Assembly (NCBI GenBank): GCA_051294905.1
Contig: CM119372.1
Coordinates: 19,222,001 to 19,286,000, forward strand
Source of the DNA: Botryllus schlosseri
Taxonomy: Eukaryota
Direction of reading: 5' to 3'
Length of the DNA stretch: 64,000 nucleotides
Shown: piece after piece, positions 11,401-23,400 of the stretch
Position numbering within the stretch: the stretch's first letter is position 1
Layout: the number at the start of each line of letters is the position of its first letter
Made by a program: the position numbers and the translations under genes
Notes under the pieces: generated by a model
What the model was told of the DNA's origin: nothing
The model's input: the letters and a program-made list of their open reading frames with translations, nothing else
Database searches by the model: none

Positions 11401-14400
11401 TACCAGTTGTATACGGGCCGGTATATGCACATTGCACATTTTAAACCCTTCTACCAGAGAACTGAACTCTCCGTTTCGAAACGTGAGCGAACAAGCATAA
11501 AATTACGGTAACTTTTTCGATACAAAGGCCAATATTACGTTGAGCTCTCAGTGATATGAGAAGAAGTCTGGCGTTCGGGATCATTTCTGAACAAACCAAT
11601 CCACCCTTCTCCTTTCATTGCATGGCAAGGGCCCTGCACCATTAGTTACGGAAGTTAGCTTTGTCAAGTTGATGTTTTTCGCTGGTCCCCCTCCCATGTG
11701 TGCCAAGCCAGCATTTCCTCTACAAATATGTCCACTCTGATAAAACGAACCCAGCCAATTAGTTATGCAATGCCTGTCGAGTCGGTGAATTCGTCCAATG
11801 CTAGGATAAATTAGTCTCCGAGGCAACATGTTTCAGAACATGCGATAAAAAATCGACTGACATTGCTGTTACTCTTTTGGTCACGGTTGAATCAGACAAC
11901 TGTAGCTTCGAAATATGTTAGGTGATGTTGTCATTGCTGCTAAGTTCTGGAAACAGCAAATACTCACACACTTTTATTAAAATTACACCTCTCTAACAGA
12001 TTTATTGGGTTTAGCGATATCCCCAGCAATTTTGAACCATGTGTCTGCAACGTAGTCGGCAATTTTACAATGCCTCAAAATATGGATTGCTGGGCTTGAC
12101 ACCTAGCTACTAGCTAGCAACGTTTTTTGGAACATCGACAATGTCTATAACTCCAGACGAAACTGTCGTGGTATCATTTTAAGCTTCTACGCTTCGTTGG
12201 GACCTACTAAAACTGTTCTTCGACAAATATGACATATCGGTTTTCGCCGGTAAAGTTCCCATTCCTTGTTCTTGTTTCTGTTCAAAGCATTCGCGGTGAG
12301 TGAAACACTCTTAAAAATGTACTACGCAGCGGGATTCTCTTGAACCGGAGTCCAACCGAATATAGATTCAAAACAATCTAAACTGGAGCATGTATCAAGA
12401 AACCAAAACACATCAAAAATGAGTATTCATTCAAACGAAACAGAGGAGGGTGCGATAAGAGAGCTAAGCAGCTAAATTAATATGTAATTAATATGTAACA
12501 ATACCGTGTCAGTAATAATTGCTTTCATAATGAAAGGTGTCGCGGGCCGCAAAATAAACGTCTGCGGGCCGCGGGTTGAGAACCACTGATTTAGATAGTT
12601 CAAATACACCCCATTATGCCACTGCACAGAAAATAATGCCACTTCTACACAAGATAACGATAATTCGCTATTTTTTGACCACTTTTGACAATGCTGTGGG
12701 CTAATCACGACTTCGCAAAAATGTCATTTCCACGTTGAGCATCCAGGGCTGCCACGTCGGAAAAACAGCATCAGAGTAATTCTCGTTGATAATATAACTT
12801 TCAGTGGAAAGGGGCGTATCATCGTCCCCACTACTTGTCTCGACCCATTACAATTATTACTCGATTTGGATTCTGACCCCTAATAGTAATACAACCACAC
12901 CAACCTGCATGCAGATATAATCTCCGGGCATGAAGGCGGTTGGATGCAAAACCATACACAAGTGACGCCGGAAATTATCCGACGTGCCTTCAAAGAGCTC
13001 AAGACCGTCCACCATTTTTCGGCATATCTGGTTGTAAATATCCGCGCACAACCTGTTAAATCACAACACGTTGCCGGACTTCACTGGAAATAGCTTCTTG
13101 GAGGTACAGAACTTCAATATACAATTGAATAGTATATTCATATTGAAATGAACCCGAATAATTTCGGCTGACACTCGTCAGGGGTAATCGTCAGCAACTA
13201 GTAGAGAATTCAATAGAACACGTCATGACGTCATATTTTGTGATACGATTGTTGATATAGGATGTTCTTTTGACTCGAGTCATCACAACCCTGACCTGAG
13301 TAACAATGCTGCCTACTCTACCCGATACACTTACAATATGTGAAAAGGGCTAACGCTTGCAAAACACTCTCACACCGCCCCGGATGGGAAGTCATGGTCA
13401 TCAGCCTTATCAATCCTCGTCTCATTCCAACGGAAAACTGATGATCACATGAGCGAACGCACGTCAACAAGGTAGACTCACCCAAACGGTAAATCCGGGA
13501 AGAGCTTCATCACGTCGACGCCCTGATTCTTCATCCACATATAGTCGTAATACTGCACCACGTGGTCGTACAGCGTTTTGTCGAATTTCAAATCCGTCAT
13601 GTAACTCTTCACGCTCTTGAAAAAACGGAACATGACATAACCCCGGGAGACGACATTTGCATCAAATTAGATAGATATGTTTTTAGTCGTCACACGAATT
13701 AAAAGAGAGAAAAGATATACAGTCGACTCTGCTTAATTCATACATAGGCCTGCATATGGCACAATAAGAAGTACTTCTTTCGTTTTAACACATGATGAGC
13801 GGTTACAGTGAAACAATGACAATCCATGCAGTAACAATCGAAAATGAACTCACACGAGGCCGTGCCACTCACGTGCCAGCTTCGTGGTCGCAGTTAGTTG
13901 CCTTGTTGGATATATCAAAAAGTACCATTTGAACCCTATATACAGTATTTTTTGAAAGGTTCCGTATCGAAAATGCTGCACAATACAACTAACATGAAGG
14001 TATGAGCATAACTAACAGCCGTTTCATGAGATCTGTGCCAATTACTGCAGTATAGCGGAGCCGTAATTATTTCAATATGCAACAGTACCGTATTTTGCAT
14101 GCGTTGTTTGGCTTTAACACTGAATTAAGCGCAGTCTATGGTATACCAAAATGGAAATATAGAACAGGAGAGAAGAAAATATTCAATTGTGTACATGTCA
14201 CAAACCAAACATACCGTGACTCGCTGTTCGTACCACACTCGCAGAGACTCGTCGTTGGAGAGCGTGGCGGCCACCATGCCGAGCACGTAACCGATCACCA
14301 GCTTTCCGCCCACCATCACCAGGCATGAGAAGATCATTTCCTCGAGAGTTTCCGGTTTGATATCGCCATAACCGGTAGAAGTCATGGAAGCGGTCGCCCA

Positions 14401-17400
14401 GTACCAGCTGTCGATCCACGGTATCGCTTCGTAGCCCATAATGCCTAATTGGATGTAATCTGCAGCGAGGGCGTGTTAGTAGCATGGATATGCCGCAACA
14501 TCACAAATTGAGATGGTCGGTGCACTTGTGCGTTTTCACTATTTTCACTTGTACTTTTCAGGCATGCACTTTGCATCTTGTGAAGTAGAAACTCGATTTT
14601 AGGGTATACTTGCATCAGTTTTGGGAGGGAAAATGTGGAAAAAGTGCCCCTGTAACACTGTAATTGAATATATTTTCAAATATTGCGCCTATTTGTAGTG
14701 CCATCGGTCATTTTGCATTAGTTACGAATATACATTATAAAAGCTGCAATTTCAAAAGTGTCCAACTCCGGTTAACTGCGAAAAGTATGCGACCTATTGA
14801 CCGAATATACTATTGATACTACTCACTTGATCATTTATCATATCTTCATATTCCACTTCTACTGCAAGCAGTTTTGACATGTCTTGGAAATTGCTACTTC
14901 TATTCGTAATTGAGTAGATTTCTACTGCTACTCTTGGGTGACAAAGTAATTGCACAGCCGCAACAAAATACTGACAAAACAGCAATTCCTACTTGTCTCG
15001 CGCGTCGTGACCCAGGAAAACTGTCCGCATTCTCCGCCAGGACAGGCCAGAAAGTAAAAGATGCAGGCGGCCGCATGCATCAGGAATAACACAGACAAAA
15101 GGAACTTGTACATCCTGATGACGAGAACGCTGTGAAAAAATACAACAGTTACAATTCGCCACCAGCGCGACCGCAGCGCAGCCATACTCTCTCCGGATGT
15201 CTCTCTCCCACATTCTGCATATGGACGTCAGTTTGAACATGCGTAGAATGCGTAAAATGCGCAAATACGATATCCATTCGAATCGCGAGGCGTAGGTCTG
15301 GGAACGCACAATAAATTCGACTGCTAAGGTTTGGACGCACACTGCCGAACATTGATCTGTTTTGGCGGTTATATAAAACGAATGCAGTCAGCTCAAACTT
15401 GGTAGTCCAAATGTTTTTCCGATTATATATGAATCCGAATTTTTCAAATTACAGTACAAAGCACAACCTCTTCCACGGTAATATTTTCTACCTACCCCAC
15501 AATGCTACTTGAAGAAAGTTCATGTTACTAAGATAGGTCCTCTGTATGATAAGGAGAATATAGTTAACATGCATGTTCTACAACAACAAGCACATATATT
15601 TGCACAGTGCATAGAGGCGGGGCTACATCATCGAATGCACTCGCCATTGATCTTCAGGCCATGAGACATCATCAATTATAACAAAAAATACCAAACACAA
15701 CAGATACTCACCAGTGAAGTAGAACGGGGGTCGGTTACTGCGTGCCCGAAGATCTCCAGGGGTATGTTGGTAATAGCGTCTAACAGGAATTTCTTTGGAT
15801 CCTTGGCGTAATTGGCTTGAATTTTCTCACGGTTGGTGACGTTTGTGCTGAACTTATCAAGGTAGCTGGTATGGAAGGCTATGATCATGTCAGCCACAAA
15901 CCTGGAAGGGAATAAATAGACCACAAGGCTCAACACGACTGTTCATGCAACCTAGATTTTTACCAGTCATTACCAGATTGCATACGATACGCTGACCTTT
16001 ATAACATCATTATGGGTTGCCTTCGAAGGCAGTTGTATCACAGTTTTAGTGGTGTTTTGGAATGATGAAAATATTAATAAACTGATACTGAGAACGCGAG
16101 CAGAATAGCAAGCGACAAAATAGCCAAATATTCAATATATCGAGTCCCATAATAGCAACTCATTCAAAATAGAGAGTGAGGGCTTGGTGTTAGGTTAGCT
16201 TGTGTTATAGTTAAGGATAAGTTCATGTTAAGGTTACCCGTATGTTAAATGATTCGCTATCATGAGAGTCGCTATTCTGAATGCCTCGCTTATGAATCCT
16301 TCACTTTTTCAAACTCCTTGCTGTTAAGAAAGCCTTTCTATTTTAAACATGTGCTGTCTTTGGCAAACATTCTCCATCCATCAACAATCAAGACCACAGC
16401 GACTTGAAATGATTTTGCAAAAGTAGACCAAGGAGCTCAGCAATATTACAAAAAAATAAGACTTACCATGCCAGGGTAGCAATAGACCTACGGGTACCGC
16501 AAAATTAATGACTCACCAGACGTCGATCATATATCCGATAATGTAGAACGCAGACCGATGAGATTGGAAGCACGGCTGATAAATGGTGATGCACGCCGAA
16601 AGAAAAGCGAGTATCACGGTGACGTTATCCCATACTCGGCAAAATCGAGACTCCCGATCCATAATCTGAAAATAGAGAACTTGTCAAGAGCTTCGCACGG
16701 CAACTCGGAGTTGATCCCTCACATTCGCATATTTCAATTTATCTGCCCCGTCGTACCGCGCTCCGCTCTGGTCGAATTCAATGTCCCTGGTAACGTCCGC
16801 CGTGCTGGTCTGACGGACGTAGGTGCCGGAACCTGTCCCTTGAACTTTACGATCCTGGTAAATTTACATCGAGCTGTGTTTACACTGATCGTTTTGTTTT
16901 TATTGGAACTACTTGACGTATTGAGTGCTGGAATAGGCTTAGAATTGTAGCCAAGTCACAAGTCAATCTCACTTTTATAGGTTTAACTTGAGTCAAGTCG
17001 AGTCATTTTCAATTTACCGCCAAGTCAAGTCCGAGTCCAAGTCATTGTGTTCACTGTTCAGTTTTGAGTTCAATCGGGATCCAGCCACATTTTTCAACTC
17101 TGCTCGAGTGATATAGAGTGGCTCGCTTTCATAATATAGTAATTTTCCGGCCCGATTTTCCAAGTATCAGGACTGATAGACGAAATACCAACAACGTGGT
17201 GACTTTACTATTAATTTAAGTCACAATGAAATGTCTGACTTCGCTGTCCTAGTCTCGATTCCTATAACTTGGTTCGATTCAAGCACCATGACTCGAGTAC
17301 AAGTCTAGTAGAGTCATTTTACGCATTTGAGAAAATAGACTGAATCAAGTCGAGTCACCAAAAAATCGTGTTTTTGGCTACTACCACTTCCAGTTATCTG

Positions 17401-20400
17401 TTTTCAGGCAATGCTACTTATCTTCTACGACTTTGGATTTTGAAAAGTAGAAAGCAGTTTAAGATCAGTTTGGATCAATTTTATGAGTACCGTAATTATC
17501 CAAGTATAGTACGCCCCCATGTATAATACGCACCCCTAAAATAGCATGTAAATTCTGGGAAAAAGCCTGTACCCATGTATAGTACGCACCCTGCATTTCA
17601 GTACATGAATAGTTCCGATTTCGTATACGATGTCATTCTGTTTTGCGATGTCACTCTTGAACAATCATTACACAACGATCGCTAATCATTATACAATTAG
17701 CGGGATTGTCTTTAAACGATAGTAGATAGCAGCCAAAGCCTGCGGCGCGATAGTTCAGGCTAGCGACACGACATCTTGAGCACGAGGAGACCTTTTACAG
17801 ATGCGATTGCTAATCATTATACAACTAACGGTATTGTCTCTAAACGATAGTAGATAGCTGCCTAAGTCTGCGAGGCCGGCGGCAAGTTAGTTTAGGCCAA
17901 CGAACCGACATCTTGCGCACGATGCCTATTACAGATGCGATTGCGCCTAGGCTAACGGTTATGTCATGCGCAACAGGTCTGTTGGAGATGCGACTGATTA
18001 CGCAAGCGATTATATCTTGCGCACATGGCCTCTTGTATATGTATAAATTGCATATGCGCTTGCTCGGGCCTGTCGTTGACGCAATGAATTGGCGAGAATT
18101 GCCGCGCGCGAGTGTCTATTAGTGACCTAATTTCGCTCGCGTACAAACAGCAAACCAACTCAGCAGGAGATCGCGTGCTTGTGCACACGACTCTCGTTAA
18201 TTGGCAACATGCTTCCCACAAATTGGCAGCGCGTTACACTCTATAATACGAATTATTACACGCGCTGGCTGAAAGTGATGCGCGATTGGAAACAAACATG
18301 AAGATAGGTGTGATTTCAAGTTTTTGATCGAGGGAGATTTTTTTCAAGGCTTGTTGTACCCATGTATAATACGCACCCCCTTATTTTAGGGCAAAAAATC
18401 GTGAAAATTTTGCGCGTTTCACATGGAAAATTACGGTACTAGATTTGCATCCATGTGTGATGTCACTAGTCATGTTGCGTTGGTCGCAAAGATATTTATC
18501 TGACAATTTCGAATGTAGCTGACACTGATAACACCCTAAAACAATGTAACCTGGCGTTGGTACTCAAAACAGAAGAACTATAGTGATAGCGATTTCGAAG
18601 ACATGTCAGAATCCCTTCAAGTGGTAGTAGCAAACGAAAGTCTGAACAATCGTCAACATGGTATAAAAAAGTTGATTTGGTCGTTGTGTTGTAAACTTTT
18701 AGCAGTTGATCGCATGTGGCTACTTTGGAGATTGCCAAATGCATCGTCACGGCTTGTTACTGACCCCCTGACCACAATCGTTGCCGATGACATTCCGCCG
18801 AAAAATCCGTCGCATACAGCCCAAAGAGGTCGACAAGAATGATAGTTACTGACCTGCGCGATGGAGGTCATCTGGTCGTGAAACTTCGGAAATTTGCCCA
18901 AGATCTCGTCCAGATCTTTCTTGCTCAGAACGTTGAGATCGCAATTAGTCAGCGCCACAATGGTACGGGCTCTTGGTGACGCGAAGAGCAGAGATATCTG
19001 AACACAGGAGAAAGCAGCTTGACTGTTTGCGCACACGATTCAACGAACGTTGAGATATACTTCTCCGAAATGCTGCCCAGGTCCTAGCACGACGGCGATG
19101 GATTGGTCGTTCTCATCCAGGATAGCGACGTTGCCACGTTGAATGAAATACATTTCTTCACCTACGTCGCCACGCCTATCAATGTATAGGATCACTCAGT
19201 ACTGTACAATGTGTACATTCATGTATTATACACTGAATTCATCACTAGCATCATTGCTTGCAATTGGATTTTAGTATGCTTTAAAGCGGTAGTTTTCAAC
19301 CTAGGGGTCCCAAAGATATTGATCTTTTTATTTATCAGCTTCCCTAATAGGACATGAGCGAATCTTGGTGAAAGCGCTGTCCTTTCTTAAATTTTGTTGG
19401 GTAATTTGCTTCCTAAATAGCCTGCGAGTAGGTTTTAGTGATCACCTTATTAAAATTAAAAGTAGATCGTGGAACATTTTCAAATTGGAAATGGTTCGTG
19501 ACCATAAAAACGCAACGGCTGTCAAGTTTCAAAGGACAGCATTATTATAGAGCAATTGAATAGTACATTCATATTGAAATGAACCCGAATGTTTTCGGCG
19601 GACACTCGTCAGGGGTAATCGTCAGCAACTAGTAGAGAATTGGAAAGAACATTGTATATCAACAATCATATCACAAAATAGAGCAGGTTAACGAACAGAA
19701 AATTACATGAAAATAACTAAAAATACAACTTTAAGAAAGGTCACTAGATCCGTAGTAGGAACTGCAGAATCAGTGATTATTCCCAGTCAGGGTCTTATTA
19801 ATGCAACTAATTGATATAGTTGCAAGACGCTCAGTCTATTACTAAATTTCAAACACCTGCATATCACTCCGTCTTTCATAAAGAGGCTCGGCTGGATATG
19901 AGTCGACATAAGCCGGAAAAAGCCTTCCTTTTCTTTACGATCTTCCTCGGAACTAAGCACAAAGTTATCGATAAGACGGCCCACCGGTTAAGAATTGCAC
20001 CGTAAATTACCCGTCGACGTCATTCAGTTGGAAAGCCTCTTTGATCATGTCGTTGTACATGCTCTGACAGACGCTCGTTCTGATGGAAAGCGGCAAGCCT
20101 CTCAACAGGTAGCTAGGACTGACACCCTGCGTTCTATCCCAGAGATAGCAATAGTAGTTCAGGACCTGGAAATATTTCCAATTCTGTCTGCCTCAATCAC
20201 AAATATTTTAGGCTATCGATCACGTAGATATATCGGCGTCAATGAAGTTTTGAGAAAAACCAGGTGGACGGTTGAATTAATGCAAGGCCATTGAAATATT
20301 TTTTCGACCCATTATGTAAATCTAGTTTATTTCTGATAGAAATTACTTTGTCCGAGTCTGTTCCAATATCATGTTGACCCGACTGTATTCGATAATGAGA

Positions 20401-23400
20401 TTTCTAGCGATTTCTGTGGGTTTTATGTTGAGCATCGATGTTAACTGTTAGTAGTTCTTGCATTTTATATCAGTTGGACAAAAAGATACATAAATTGACC
20501 TTGTCCAACAAATACATTAGTAATCGTTAGTTCTATTACTTCAGCCGCTCAAGACACACAATGTACAATGCGATGCAATGAACAGATAGGAGGATATCGA
20601 AATGACCATTTACGGTCTCTCAATCTCAAAACCGGGGGCTGTTCAGTGACACGACGCAGGCTGATGCTCTTTTTCTGTCTTTTTAGTCATGATCTAGCCA
20701 AGTGTTTGAGATCTATGCTCATTTTACACCAGCCCGATCTTGGTTATTATGATTCCTGAGATGCAAACTTATAGCACGCCCACTTTCGCTCAAGACTTTC
20801 TGTAAGACAACACTTATGCAGATCGGATGGTGAGATGGAGCCTAGATAAACCGTCAACACTTACGAGGGATTCTGGAGTCGACCTCGGTCGGACTCGAAC
20901 GCGCGACCCATTTGTGTTGCAGCGGTGCAACGTACCACTACGCTACTAGCGTCTCAGGGTATTCAAAGCGCTAGGCTAGGTTGTCTCGAACTTTCTTTCC
21001 CTTTGAGAGGGTGCCGCGAGGTAGGGAAGGTTGAGAACCACTGGTTAACTAGTTATTTCTCAAACAGACTAATCACCGCATTACCTGCTCTTATTCTCAT
21101 GGCTACATGCCGTCTACTAAGCCATAGCCTATAGATGAGTCGGAAGCGTCTATGAGATACTGCAATGGATAAAGAAATCGCACCTGTCGTTGAGTCCGTT
21201 TGTCGACGTCATACACTTTGAAGAACTTGAGAATATCAGAAAGTCGGCCCTTGTAATGGCCCCGTTGCATGTCGTCCGTTTGGATGTTGGCAGCAATCTC
21301 ACCAAGCACGTACGAATAATACACTGTCCCAAGAATCATTACCACTGTAGCCATAAACATCTCCACCTGTTTTTACATTGAAAGAGCAAAACTTTGGAAC
21401 AAAGCTAGTAAATTATGTGAATGGAAATCCACAAAAAATAGCAGGATTTGGGTGTTTTATGGAATTAACAAAGTACAGAGCGACAATTAGACATAACAGG
21501 TAACATACGTCACTGTCAAGTTTCGGTTACACACTTCCACGTAAGGTGGCTGTAGAATAGATGTTAGGTGTCAAACTGATGGCCAGTAGTGGCATTCTAT
21601 GGTCAATGACACAACATTTCAAGTAAAGTCGTGGATCGTAAATTCAAGCAAACACAAAACATATGGAGTCAACACTGTGACAAACTGACTATATCACTGT
21701 GTTTCTAAAATTTATTGGAAAACATAAGCGCAAGGCCAGATTATTGGAGACAGTCATTTGGCTGATGTGGCTCACATCGGCAATGAATCTTGCGTTACGG
21801 TAATTTATGCTTCTATGAAAAACTGTATCAACTCTACAAGAACGATACAAAACCAGAGGAAAGTTGATGCGAACCTGTCTTTCTGCGTGGATATCGCCAT
21901 ATCCGACACAAACCAACGTTGCCGTCGACCAATAAATGCTAACAAAGTACTGATGAGTGTAGGAAACGGCCAAATCCAGTGAAGGAAAGATATGAGAGTT
22001 GGATACAATTCTTCCGACCCAGGATTCTGCGTGGCAGTACATTGGGTCGCCGGTGCTGCTGAGGGAGATCCATGCATTTCCGTCCGCATACAGATCAGTG
22101 TTCTAGAAGAACGTGCAAGAAATTTGAGAAAAACATCGACCGAGGTCGTTGTACAAATGAGACTGAAAACCTCAAAATCGGGTGCATTATTTTGGTGTTG
22201 GTCACTGTGTCCTGGCTTACTACAGCATTTATAACTTCCTTCGCAGACAAGACGTAAAATACTGAAAACGACATCTTACAGGAGAGATTATATCATAACA
22301 GCAGCAGACACACGCAATTTAATAGAATTTGTAAACTTTTGACAACGAGAGAGAGAGAGATATGATATTCTTTCTCGCCTGCACCATCGAGATGCTTTGG
22401 CGACGGAGTTGCGATACGGCCCCATGAGGTCATCTAGTCTGCGCCCCCGTTTTTTTTCTCCTCCATGCTATCCGTGATTGCTGAGCGCCTAGCAGGATAG
22501 CTGCGGATACCATTTTTCGAGTCTTTGGTATGACCCGGCCGGGGATCGAACCCACGACCTACCGCTCGAGAAGCCGGACGCATAACCATTACACTATCTC
22601 GCTCGGGAAGTCGTTAAATCCTGTTAGAACTAGGAACTACCAAACAAAGACCATTTCCGGCAAATTTAACATACAAATTTCAAGTAGTAAGCGTCAACTG
22701 ATAGCCTGCAGGCGGAATGCAGCCCGCAACCGGTTCACTTTGGGTGGTTCACTATGACGGCGTTGAAATGTAACATAGCTGGCCCAATATCGGCAGACAA
22801 TATGATGATCCCACCATTGATTGAAATTGGCCCTCTTGCTTAAGTTGGATCTAGAATAGCGGTTCATAATTGGGGGGAGAATGTCAATTTTCAGCAGACG
22901 TGCTCTACAAATGGTTTTCAGCATCCCATGTAAGATTGTTAGGTGATTAGCAGATTTTCCTCATTACGTTGAGCATCGTCTGGGTCAAGGGTTGGCAACC
23001 TTTGTGTGCTCGCAGACCGGTTTCAAAAAACACCAAAGTTCAACGATGAAAATTAATTGCACCGCATAAGTATACGGTCAGTAAAGGGTGCACAGTAGGG
23101 TTGCTTAAAAGTAACTTTTTTTCTTTGAGTTCAGGGATTCACAGATTGAATTGCTAGGTTGGCTAAAAACGCTGTACACCAGATTTGGCTCAATTCCAGC
23201 CAGTAGAAGCTGACGCAGAGCCAATTGAAATTTTTGAATTTATCATAAAAAATTGGAAATTGTTAAGTTGCCTAAAAGAACGATGTGTCAATTGTTTTTT
23301 CAATTTTATGCCAATGGTGTATTCAACTGTTGTTCTTTCTTCAACAACAACAACAATTTGACACAGTACAGTAGTGTAGCACAATTTTTACAATGGTAAA

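Larger units (their letters stand above)
8489..16665 (-). other. CNGK repeat IV (exons 30-38)
   Basis: FLLDAITNIPLE; S4 YLRILRILRMFKL; pore WIDSWYWATASMTSTGYGDIKPE; degenerate CNBD ESFLDEGVLSK|VRQPCSLRA; stop TGA at 8489-8491. Confidence 0.85.

Noticed and set aside
22525..22606. tRNA gene candidates (also near 7780-7853, 20870-20955, 30105-30182, 36775-36854)
   Set aside because: A and B boxes are present but there is no convincing cloverleaf or terminator; most are attached to repeated SINE bodies.
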